Shown: in pieces, positions 54,299 through 64,000 of the stretch | Layout of the letters: the number at the start of each line of letters is the position of its first letter | Numbering within the stretch: the first letter of the stretch is position 1 | NCBI GenBank assembly: GCA_963707125.1 | Contig: CAVPOU010000002.1 | Coordinates: 21,806-85,805 of the forward strand | Reading direction: 5' to 3' | From: an uncultured delta proteobacterium | GTDB taxonomy: Bacteria; Desulfobacterota; DSM-4660; Desulfatiglandales; HGW-15 | Length of the DNA stretch: 64,000 nt | Program-made: the position numbers and the translations under genes | Notes under the pieces: model-generated | What the model was told of the DNA's origin: nothing | Seen by the model: the letters and a program-made list of their open reading frames with translations, nothing else | The model's database searches: none

Positions 54299-55052
54299 GC
54301 ATGAATTCCCCCGTGACGATCTTGTCCTTCAAGGCCTCTCCACTCAAGCGTTCGACCTCTTCCACGGGAATGCACGACTCCATCAGCGTCTTCAGCATGT
54401 CCGTCGGGGCGTCGTATCGGTTCCTTCTTCCAAACTGTGTCGGGCAGGGAGACAGCACTTCGACAAACGTGAACCCCTTTGTGCCCAGGGCTTTTTTTAT
54501 CGCTTCCTTCAAAGAAACCACTTGAGTCACGGAATAACGGGCCACATAAGAGGCTCCTGCAGCCTGCACGAGCTTGCACAGATCAAAGGGCCGGTAAATG
54601 TTGCCCTCGATGCTCGTGGCCGTCGAAGCTCCGAGGGGGGTGGTCGAAGCCACCTGGCCGCCCGTCATGCCGTAGATCATGTTGTTGGCACAGATCACGG
54701 TCATATCAATATCTCTTCTTGCCGCATGGATGAGATGGTTGCCTCCGATGGAGGTGAGATCCCCGTCCCCGCTGATCACCACCACCTTAAGCTCAGGATT
54801 GAACATCTTTGCGCCTGTTGCAAAGGCAATGGCCCGGCCATGAAGGGTGTGAAGGGTGTCTGCATTGAAGTTAGGGCTTGGAATCCAAGCGGCGCATCCG
54901 ATGCCCGAGACGAACAGCATCCTCTCCATGGGCAAATGGAGCTCATCGATTGCTCGGAGAATGGCGTTCATCAGGATTCCGTGCCCGCACCCGGGACAGA
55001 AAGGAGTTGATTTCACATCCGAACGCAAATAGGCTTCCAGGTCTCTTGCCAT
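54291..55052 (-). CDS. 2-oxoacid:ferredoxin oxidoreductase beta subunit (TPP-binding)
   Basis: FCPGCGHG, SGIGC, GDGD...NN, YGMTGGQ. Confidence 0.95.
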   Translation of the reverse strand: MARDLEAYLRSDVKSTPFCPGCGHGILMNAILRAIDELHLPMERMLFVSGIGCAAWIPSPNFNADTLHTLHGRAIAFATGAKMFNPELKVVVISGDGDLTSIGGNHLIHAARRDIDMTVICANNMIYGMTGGQVASTTPLGASTATSIEGNIYRPFDLCKLVQAAGASYVARYSVTQVVSLKEAIKKALGTKGFTFVEVLSPCPTQFGRRNRYDAPTDMLKTLMESCIPVEEVERLSGEALKDKIVTGEFMHG

Positions 55053-56194
55053 TACAATAGACTCCTCACTTGTTCCATGATTTTGTGAGGGTGAATGATC
55101 TCTCCATCGATCTGACAGTAGGAAACGACCTCACACTCGGCATACTTCAGAATCTCGCCGGCGATCTGCCCTCGGTTCATTTCAGGGACAAATATCTTTC
55201 TGGCTTTTTTCCCCACCTCGCGAATGGCCTGGTCTGCGAAGGGCCAGATGGTTTTCAGCCTCAAGAGACCGACCTTTTTTTCTTCTTTGCGAAGTCTCTC
55301 TGTGGCGAACAAGGCGCTTCTTGCCGTAAAGCCGTAGGCAATCACCACGACATCCGCATCATCAGGGTAATAAGCCTCTGTTTGAATGATGTTTTCCCGG
55401 TGCTTCAGGATTTTATTGTTGATCCGGACCACGAGTTTTTCATGGGCTTTCCCATCATCCGTCTTCCGGATTCCTGCATCATTGTGGGTCGAACCAGTGA
55501 CCAGAAGGTTTTCCCCCTCTCCGAAAGACGGCATGGGCGGCACACCGTCATCTTCCGGGGTCCCGAAAGGGGGAGCCCCTTTCTTCTTGATCCGGTTCAC
55601 GACCTTCACCCTGGGTTTCACATCCATTCTTTCCCTCAGGTGACCGACGGCTTCCTCAGCCATGAGAAAGACAGGAACCCGGTACTGCTCTGCCAGGTTG
55701 AAGGCCTCGATCGCCTGGTCGTACATTTCCTGCACAGACCATGGGGAAAGGGCGATGACCTGATAATCCCCGTGAGAGCCCCACTTGGCCTGCATGTGAT
55801 CGCCGCTTCCCACTCTCGTGGCCTGGCCTGTTCCAGGCCCTGCCCTCTGAACATCCACGATCACTAAAGGGGTCTCTGTAAATGCCGCGTACCCGATCGC
55901 CTCCTGCATGAGACTGAAGCCGGGTCCAGACGTGGCCGTCATAGCCTTGGCTCCGGCCCACACTGCGCCGATGACGGAGCAGATGGACCCGATCTCATCT
56001 TCCATCTGCATGAACACCCCGCCCACCTCTTTGAGCCGGACGGCGATCCGCTCCATGATCTCGCTTGAAGGCGTGATGGGGTATCCCCCATAGTACCGGC
56101 ACCCGGCGGCAATCGCCCCTTCGGTCGCCGCCTCGTTCCCGGAAAAGTAATAACTCCCCGCAGGGAGTGTGCTCCCTATTTCGTGAACGCTCAT
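55052..56194 (-). CDS. 2-oxoacid:ferredoxin oxidoreductase alpha subunit
   Basis: GYPITPSSE, QMEDE, TATSGPG. Confidence 0.95.
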   Translation of the reverse strand: MSVHEIGSTLPAGSYYFSGNEAATEGAIAAGCRYYGGYPITPSSEIMERIAVRLKEVGGVFMQMEDEIGSICSVIGAVWAGAKAMTATSGPGFSLMQEAIGYAAFTETPLVIVDVQRAGPGTGQATRVGSGDHMQAKWGSHGDYQVIALSPWSVQEMYDQAIEAFNLAEQYRVPVFLMAEEAVGHLRERMDVKPRVKVVNRIKKKGAPPFGTPEDDGVPPMPSFGEGENLLVTGSTHNDAGIRKTDDGKAHEKLVVRINNKILKHRENIIQTEAYYPDDADVVVIAYGFTARSALFATERLRKEEKKVGLLRLKTIWPFADQAIREVGKKARKIFVPEMNRGQIAGEILKYAECEVVSYCQIDGEIIHPHKIMEQVRSLL

Positions 56195-56322
56195 AAATTG
56201 ATTGGTTATTCCTTTTTGATTCCAGCAACCATAGGAAAAAGTTGCCATCCAGTCAAGAAAGAAACAGGGCAGAAAATAGGTCCATTCCTCGAATCAGATC
56301 AGATGAATCCGCCGTCACTCAG

Positions 56323-57138
56323 CTAGAACCTGAAAGTAAACCGTGAACTTGCCTTGTGCACAACCTGCCCGAACTCCCTGGTCCAATGCATTTCTTCCTC
56401 TGACAAGGGACCCTTTTCCCGAAGGTGATGAAGATTCGCTTGGAGCTGCTGACGGTTCTTGGGGCCTGTGAGCACCAAATCCACGTGGGGATTGGACAGA
56501 CAGAAGCGATAGCAATCCCCTGCCGTCATGACGGGTCCATTCCACCCTTTTGGGCGCTTGAGCAGACCGCCCCACCGCGTGGCTGTGTACGTAACAATTG
56601 CCGGCCGGCGTTTGGCGAGATAGGGGAAGATGTCCTGTTCGGCCCCTGAATGAGCAGCATTGTACCGGATCATCAGCATGTCCAGCGGGGAATCTGCTGC
56701 GAGTTTGCCCGCCCGCCTCCTGTCGTGAATGCTCGCCCCAATGGCACGGACCATGCCTGACTCCCGAAGGGAGATTAGCGCATCGATCGTGGACGGAGTC
56801 CAGGCACTCGCCCGGCCAAGCCAGAACAACTGAAAGATGTCAATATAGTCCGTCCCGAGTTTCTTAAGCAAGCGTTCGCAGGCGCGCCTGACACTTCCGC
56901 CAAAATATGCGGTGGTCGGCCCGCAAGCCAGGACAAGGGATTCCCGGTCACGCTTCAAGGCCTCTTTGAGCGACTTCGTCACCTTTCGCGCGTTGGGAGT
57001 CCAAAAGACATAGTTGACCCCTTGTTCCAGCGCCCATTCCAAATCCGCTCCGTCAACGCCGTAGTTGGTCGCTAAACCGAGCCGGAACACCCTCTTCCTA
57101 AAGGCGGGAACATCCCGATGCAGAAAATCATCGCTCAT
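56323..57138 (-). CDS. Aldo/keto reductase
   Basis: LKKLGTDYIDIFQL, GMVRAIGASIH, IRYNAAH. Confidence 0.88.
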   Translation of the reverse strand: MSDDFLHRDVPAFRKRVFRLGLATNYGVDGADLEWALEQGVNYVFWTPNARKVTKSLKEALKRDRESLVLACGPTTAYFGGSVRRACERLLKKLGTDYIDIFQLFWLGRASAWTPSTIDALISLRESGMVRAIGASIHDRRRAGKLAADSPLDMLMIRYNAAHSGAEQDIFPYLAKRRPAIVTYTATRWGGLLKRPKGWNGPVMTAGDCYRFCLSNPHVDLVLTGPKNRQQLQANLHHLREKGPLSEEEMHWTREFGQVVHKASSRFTFRF

Positions 57139-57304
57139 GAGTCGGAACCCTTTCCCTCCGAGGCATAGTCCCCCTTCCTGTGCCTTTCATTTTCCGAATA
57201 ACTTAGAGACATCGATACCGCGCTTAAGATACATGAATATTCGTTTCAGACCAAGACAAAAGCTTTCTTATCGGATCGCTCATTTGAAGCCAACTCTTTC
57301 TTGA

Positions 57305-57420
57305 GATTTGATTTTGCAATAGGAAGTGTTTCGCCCTCTGGATTATTTGAAATCATAGCCGTTCGATCAGGCCGGTTGGTGTCTTCTTATAAATATCGTC
57401 ATGGAGAGCGGCCTGGTGGT
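57305..57420. repeat. Cassette-boundary element, copy D (most degenerate)
   Basis: TTTGAAATCATA (57346-57357) is identical to 63922-63933, followed by GATCA..CCGG..TATCGT..GAGAGCG..TGGTGG as in copies C and A. Confidence 0.5.
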
Positions 57421-57592
57421 TTTCCAGCGAGTTCTTCGTATCGTTAATCGCTCGCTCTAAGGGGTGCTCGAAATGATAGGTTAGCGTCTGTAATCATTTT
57501 CTTTACAATAAGCAAACCAAGAGGTTTCCAGGAGGCATGGACAAACTACGTTGCGGATGGAATCCCCTCGCTTGCGACTCGTTACTCGCCAC

Positions 57593-59167
57593 TCATCGCT
57601 GTATAAGTCCCGACACAACCGTGTTGTTCGTCTCATCTGTTTCAACAAGGGCGTTGGCCGCATCCAGGATCCCTATGATGTAAACACTTGAACGGTCATA
57701 CGGGGCTTTGAGTGTCAGGTTCACATCCACATATCCACCGGGTGTTATGCTCGACACTGTGCTTTTTCCGAGAAACAGATCCGTTTTCTGAAAGGCGGAA
57801 TCAGCAGACTGGTAAACGCAGAGGATTGAGCCCGGAGCAACCTGGTTTCCGAGATTCTTGATTCTGATTTTCCCTTTGAATGTGCGGGCCCACCATTTAG
57901 TGGATCGATTCAGGGAAAGCCACTGGCCTGCAAGGTCCACCCCGGAAGCGGTATTGTTCACTGCGACAGCAGCCGCACCGTTCACCGCGACAGAGCACTG
58001 ATCCAACGCACTCAGGCCTCCTGAGTCGGTCACGGTCAGACGGAACACAAGGCTGCTGCTCGCTCCACCTGTATCAGCCAAAAATCGGGGTTGAGCTGAC
58101 TCCGGATTGTCAAGCGTAACAGGCGCCCCTGCTGTCTGAAGCCAGGAGTAGGCAAGAATTCCTCCATCCGGATCTGTTGAACCGATACCGTTCAGGGTCA
58201 CACTCACGCCCTGATTCACGTTCTGATCGGGACCTGCATTCGCTGCGGGTGGCTGGTTCACCGACACCACGTTGACGATGCAGGTATCTCGTGCCTGAAG
58301 GCCACCCGAATCCGTAACCGTTAACTGGAACATCAGGCTCTCGCCAGCCTCGCCGACATTCGGCGCCACGAAGGTGGGTTCAGCGACAGAAGGGCTGCTC
58401 AATCCTACAGGAGTTCCGCTTACCTGGGTCCACTCGTAAGAGAGTGCAAAGCTGTCCGAATCACTCGAGTTTGAGCCTTTCAAACTCACCATCGTTCCTT
58501 CATTCACACTCAGATCAGTCCCTGCATTCGCTGCGGGAGGCTGATTGATCCAGAGCACATTCACCAGACATGTGTCCGCTGACTGCAGCCCGCCCGAATC
58601 CGTGACCGTAAGTTGAAAGCCGAGTGTTTCCCCATTAGGACCCACATTCTGAGGCATAAACGTTGTCTGAGCCGCAGAAGGATTGCTGAGGGTTACGGGG
58701 GTGCCCGAAACTTGGTACCAGGAGTAAGTCAGGGCTCCTCCTTCGGGGTCTGTGGAGTTGGAGCCGCTCAATGTAACGAGAGTCCCTTCATTCCCATTTT
58801 GGTCCGGGCCTGCATTGGCCAGAGGCGGCTGATTGGAAGTGGAGAGGGCGGCACTCACCTCGTTAGAGAAGTCACTTTCTATGTTTGCCGTATTCACAGC
58901 GGTTGCAGCGAAGTAATAGGTCCGGCCCTGCTCAAGTCCTGTAACCAAGCAGCTTGTGGAGTTCCCTACCTCCATGAAATAACCGTAATTCCTGCTCCCT
59001 AACCCGTAGTACACTCTGTATCCGGCCACATCCGGCTCTGTGTTCGGATCCCACGCCAGATTCACTTCGCCGGCATGGACCGCGGATGGACTGAAGAATG
59101 CACAGAGGAGAAGAAAAGAACCTCTGAGGAAAAGACACCGGAAACAGGATGTTCTTAGGAAAGACAT
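57593..59167 (-). CDS. Secreted surface protein: FN3 + three PKD/REJ-like Ig repeats + CARDB-like domain
   Basis: Signal peptide, LAWDPN..GYRVYYG..YYFAATA, three NQPPxANAGxD..YxWxQ..FxLTVTDSGGL repeats, IKNLGN..ETDETNN; AGGAGG RBS. Confidence 0.9.
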   Translation of the reverse strand: MSFLRTSCFRCLFLRGSFLLLCAFFSPSAVHAGEVNLAWDPNTEPDVAGYRVYYGLGSRNYGYFMEVGNSTSCLVTGLEQGRTYYFAATAVNTANIESDFSNEVSAALSTSNQPPLANAGPDQNGNEGTLVTLSGSNSTDPEGGALTYSWYQVSGTPVTLSNPSAAQTTFMPQNVGPNGETLGFQLTVTDSGGLQSADTCLVNVLWINQPPAANAGTDLSVNEGTMVSLKGSNSSDSDSFALSYEWTQVSGTPVGLSSPSVAEPTFVAPNVGEAGESLMFQLTVTDSGGLQARDTCIVNVVSVNQPPAANAGPDQNVNQGVSVTLNGIGSTDPDGGILAYSWLQTAGAPVTLDNPESAQPRFLADTGGASSSLVFRLTVTDSGGLSALDQCSVAVNGAAAVAVNNTASGVDLAGQWLSLNRSTKWWARTFKGKIRIKNLGNQVAPGSILCVYQSADSAFQKTDLFLGKSTVSSITPGGYVDVNLTLKAPYDRSSVYIIGILDAANALVETDETNNTVVSGLIQR

Positions 59168-59221
59168 ATTGGCACCTCCTGGATAGTAGACCGTGCAGGA
59201 ATCAGCACCCAGGAAGGTGCT

Positions 59222-59316
59222 CCACCGCCCGGCAGCCTCCCAACCCTATCCCTCAGGGACTTAGGCCGATGGCTTTGCGTCCCGCTCTTTCGAACGGTTT
59301 GCTTTTTTTAAGCGTT
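59222..59316 (-). ncRNA. GEMM-I cyclic dinucleotide riboswitch (c-di-GMP-I family, A20 variant)
   Basis: AAGCAAACCGUUCGAAAGAGCGGGACGCAAAGCCAUCGGCCUAA...GGCUGCCG matches the GEMM-I consensus and lies in the 5' UTR of the surface-protein gene. Confidence 0.9.
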
Positions 59317-59408
59317 CAATTTGAGATGATGCTTTAGAGCCTGGAATTCCCTTTCATCCAAAACTTAGAGTAAAGACATGGGGGGTGCTAATGGCTAGTG
59401 GTTATGAA

Positions 59409-59424
59409 AGCAAGAGGTGTGCCG
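59409..59424 (-). promoter_or_regulatory. Sigma54 (-24/-12) promoter
   Basis: CGGCAC-ACCTC-TTGCT upstream of the riboswitch. Confidence 0.7.
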
Positions 59425-59797
59425 TATGCGCTATGATGAAAAAGACATCGGGAATGTTCTTTGATTGTTAAGAGATACACTCAGACGCCATATTAGGCCC
59501 TTCATCTATGGCGCCCTTGGTGTTCAGAAAAAGAATCCATGGGTGAAAAAATGTAGACACACGCGGGTTCTTTTTGTCATCAGCCGATCCTGTCTCACAA
59601 CCGCCCAGGTCGACTCAGATTGTCACCACTTTTTAACTCTGCTGAGAAGCAGGGTATTGGGTGAGGAGTTCCCGGAAAAAATTGTTACTGCGGCCGAATG
59701 GTGGTCTGATCGCCGTCGTTGCGATCTCGATATTTGGGGGTCAGTTGATTGGGTTTGACCTTTGATTGTAAGCAATTGAGAAAAAGTGGTAGCGGCA

Positions 59798-61189
<1,392 letters not shown>

Positions 61190-61246
61190 TCATCTCCTTT
61201 TCTCGAGGATATCGAACCAATACTAGAGTGTACGATGCTATAGAAA

Positions 61247-61262
61247 AGCAATATCAGTACCA
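61247..61262 (-). promoter_or_regulatory. Sigma54 (-24/-12) promoter
   Basis: TGGTAC-TGATA-TTGCT. Confidence 0.65.
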
Positions 61263-61385
61263 AACATGATTCTGGTTAAAAGAAGCCTTTTTTGTTTAAT
61301 AAATCCATAGTGTTAGCAAAAGCCTGTTTAATTCCAGTCTCTTCCAGTGACCGTGTCTCTAGCGTGCAAAAAACAACACGTGATG

Positions 61386-61401
61386 TGTGAAACAGATCAC
61401 A
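61386..61401. promoter_or_regulatory. CRP-type palindromic operator
   Basis: TGTGA-AACAGA-TCACA, a perfect TGTGA-N6-TCACA. Confidence 0.5.
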
Positions 61402-61403
61402 GA

Positions 61404-61540
61404 TGCTCGGGGCCTGGGTTACCCCAGGACTACGCAACACTCGGTTCCGGCTGTCAGCACACTTTGCCGGGTAGGACTGTTTACCTACAGGGTCTCACAA
61501 AGGAGTTTCAACTCCCTAATGGAGGCTTCGCCTGGCGCAC
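61404..61540 (-). mobile_element. Truncated group II intron, 5' end/domain I fragment
   Basis: Begins GTGCGCCAGGCGAAGCC; hairpins GGAGT-TGAA-ACTCC and CCTGGG-GTAA-CCCAGG; GCCGGAACCGAGTGTTGCGT; no RT ORF or domain V seen. Confidence 0.72.
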
Positions 61541-61680
61541 ACTTCCCAATTTGAATCGAAATCTGAGTATACCCTCGAAAGTCCGGGTTTCAGATCAACC
61601 GCTTGAATGGAGGTTGCGTATCGTAGTGTTGGCTTTTGAATTGGGGTCAGAGGCGCGTGATTACCAAGCCGAGTCATAAT
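61541..61680. repeat. Cassette-boundary element, copy B
   Basis: Shares TCAGATCA and TGCGTATCGTAGT with copy C, and a 24/29 match (61650-61678) with copy A. Confidence 0.7.
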
Positions 61681-61942
61681 GTCGGCTGAAAGGAAAACTC
61701 GTGGCGATATACAACCTCATCTCAAGGGCACATCATGTTGGGGGCCAGAGGATTTCGGTGGACGGGGGTGTTCCGGGCTGGTACGGTCCGCTGGGAACGC
61801 AAGTGGGAGCATTCTTTCTATTTCATGTGGGTATCACTTGCCGTAGGAAGGAAAGCGAGAAAGAGGTATGCTGTCAATATCACAAACTGTGTGATATCTA
61901 CTCTTCCTGTGATATATGTTGAGTCATCCTTTCATATCCGAT

Positions 61943-63319
61943 TCAATCTAAAAGAAGTTGCAGCCAAGGCATAACCCGCGTTCTCTTGCTATGCTTGATT
62001 AGAAACGCTTCGATATCAAGCCATATGTCATTAGTAGTTATATGACCGATCCCAGGATACAAAACGAATTTAGCTGAACTGCCAATAGATTGGTAAATAT
62101 CCTCGGCAACAATCCATCGTTCTTGTATTGTCTCACCAAGAAAATGCAATTCCGTACTGACATCCTGACTGTCCCAGTTATCATCCTTGTCCCCCAGATA
62201 TAAGAAAAGTGGAACTTTGTTGAACTCGCTCAGGTTGAATGGTGTACCAGTAACGACATCAAGATCTGAGATACCCAGATCGTATGTCATGTTGTGACCC
62301 CACCATGTTGCCACAGGTGCTATCGGCCATCCCCCAGGTGAACCAATGGCCGCCGCCATGATTCTTTCAGGATGAATCGCAGAAAAGCGACTGACGAATG
62401 CCCCTGATGCTGAAAAGCCAATCATGAAAAACTTTTTGTTCGACTTAATCCCCTTCCCTGCAAGTCTCTCGATTGCATCATCGACCATGGCAATCAACTG
62501 CAAATCAATCCGAACCAAGTTTTCTCTTTGAGTCAGCAATGCCGTCCTGTCCAGCGCCTGTGTATATAGATCCTCATAACGCGGGAAAATCGGGACAAGG
62601 AGTGGTGCCTTCAATACATAGGCAAATGGGGACCGTATATTGAGAAATGACTCTGCCCTTCCCTCATGAAAAGCAAAGTCATCAGACGGGACACCCGAAT
62701 TGTTCGGTTCGACCAACAGCAGGGCGGAACTTCTGGCAGTTTCTGGAACGTAGAGTAAGTAAGGCCAGTGGAAGCCTTTTTCCGGTTGTGCGGCAATTTT
62801 TTGATAGTTGATAGATTCTATCCAAAAGGTTAAATTGTATTCTTCCGCAAAATTACCTTCGGTGTCCCGGATATTTTCATACCCCGGCAAATTTATCATT
62901 ATCATAACTTTAGTGTGCGGGACAAATGGATAATGGACATCCTGTCGTGGCAAATAAAGGGTTTTGCCATCTTCAGACCAGTAGTTTGTGAAGAAAGAAC
63001 TAGACCAGTTGGATGTGGATACTGACCGGTACGCAGTATTCATAGGTTTGTTGAATGTTATAGATACCAGATCAGCAGTCTGGCTGACACCGGTCGCTCC
63101 GTTTACTGGATTCGCGGAGATTGCGACAGGTGATGCTGTAGCGAGTCCAACATGAACCAATATGAAGAAGAAAATAAGGCATAGGGTCAAATGGAAAAAA
63201 CCCTCAGGATAGTCATTATTTCTTTTATCATTCTCTATCCTCAAAGTTTTTGAGTTACATTTTCTTAACATATTTGAAATCCCCTCAATCATGCATGAAA
63301 ACGCATGGTCGGTTCTCAT
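61943..63319 (-). CDS. Secreted alpha/beta hydrolase with N-terminal Ig-like (Big_5-type) domain
   Basis: Hydrophobic signal, PVNGATGV..ITFNKPM, nucleophile GFSASG, YPGIGH; AT-rich; the true start probably lies downstream of 63319. Confidence 0.8.
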   Translation of the reverse strand: MRTDHAFSCMIEGISNMLRKCNSKTLRIENDKRNNDYPEGFFHLTLCLIFFFILVHVGLATASPVAISANPVNGATGVSQTADLVSITFNKPMNTAYRSVSTSNWSSSFFTNYWSEDGKTLYLPRQDVHYPFVPHTKVMIMINLPGYENIRDTEGNFAEEYNLTFWIESINYQKIAAQPEKGFHWPYLLYVPETARSSALLLVEPNNSGVPSDDFAFHEGRAESFLNIRSPFAYVLKAPLLVPIFPRYEDLYTQALDRTALLTQRENLVRIDLQLIAMVDDAIERLAGKGIKSNKKFFMIGFSASGAFVSRFSAIHPERIMAAAIGSPGGWPIAPVATWWGHNMTYDLGISDLDVVTGTPFNLSEFNKVPLFLYLGDKDDNWDSQDVSTELHFLGETIQERWIVAEDIYQSIGSSAKFVLYPGIGHITTNDIWLDIEAFLIKHSKRTRVMPWLQLLLD

Positions 63320-63882
63320 TTAATCCAGTCGTCCCTGAAAAACCGTAATTCTATCTGAATTTATTAGTAATTATTGAGAATATGTGCTATCAAAATTGCA
63401 GGTTTTTCGGCAACAACCATCCAAAACCTTGCAATTTTTGAGAGCATGAAACCCAAGAAATCTCCCCACTACCGATCGGCAAAAGGATTTGTTCCGGTTT
63501 GAGCTTTGCGGTAAGGTGATAAGAACTTGCTTCAGATGGGTGGGAGTATAAGGGGATTTGGCCTTGTGTGTCAAGGGAGAAGTCGGCTCATCATGCTGAG
63601 GTCCGGTGGATCGAGATGAGCGAGGGCATCCGAGCTGGTATGGTGTGCCGTGAACGTAAGGAGGCGCAAGCCCGAGATTTAATTAGAGACGGCGTTTTGA
63701 GCGAAAAAGGACGAAGATTACCTTCCAGGCTGCATGTCGGTTTCCGGGCTTATGGCAGAGGTCTGGCGCGTATATGGGGTCGCCCTAGAACGAGCGATTA
63801 CTGATCCAAGTCCGTTGAGATCCGAGCGATCATCCACTAACGATTACCCAATTCATCCTATTGCGTGGACAGGAACGGGGCT

Positions 63883-63985
63883 GGTTACGATTTCGAAATT
63901 GAACCGGGACCTGAGCCTGCCTTTGAAATCATAATCCTCAGATCACCCGGCTAAACGGAACCATGCGTATCGTAGTTGTAAGGCT
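63883..63985. repeat. Cassette-boundary element, copy C
   Basis: Imperfect palindrome TACGAT..CCGGGACCTGAG..CTCAGATCACCCGG..ATCGTA. Confidence 0.7.
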
Positions 63986-64000
63986 CAGATCTCACAGGTG

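Noticed and set aside
63568-63934. Short ORFs near the right edge as possible transposase fragments
   Set aside because: No DDE, HUH or recombinase motifs recognised.

Overview
Bacterial chromosome segment. Gene content and style suggest an anaerobic Desulfobacterota (deltaproteobacterium); this is an inference. The left ~29 kb is housekeeping: polA (partial), rny, zapA/zapB with a 6S-position RNA, F1 plus b/b' ATP synthase genes, bactofilin, mreBCD-mrdA-rodA (mreB frameshifted in a G run), rpmH-rnpA-yidD-yidC-jag-mnmE, thiC/thiD, dtd, a radical SAM protein and larB. The middle holds nucleoside and amino-acid ABC transporters, a LysM transglycosylase, a four-gene sphingolipid/ceramide operon (Spt, bCerS-like GNAT, CerR-like SDR, Aur1/PAP2-like membrane enzyme), a large GAF protein with divergent class III cyclase-like motifs, an exported nicotinamidase and a 2-oxoacid:ferredoxin oxidoreductase operon. 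The right ~7 kb is accessory. Single genes (an FN3/PKD surface protein under a sigma54 promoter and an A20-variant GEMM-I riboswitch, a second mreB, a secreted hydrolase) are separated by four degenerate, same-orientation copies of an unrecognised palindromic element, one of them abutted by a group II intron 5' fragment. Intergenic short-period palindromic repeats and REP-like elements occur throughout. No rRNA, tRNA, CRISPR array, integrase or transposase was seen.
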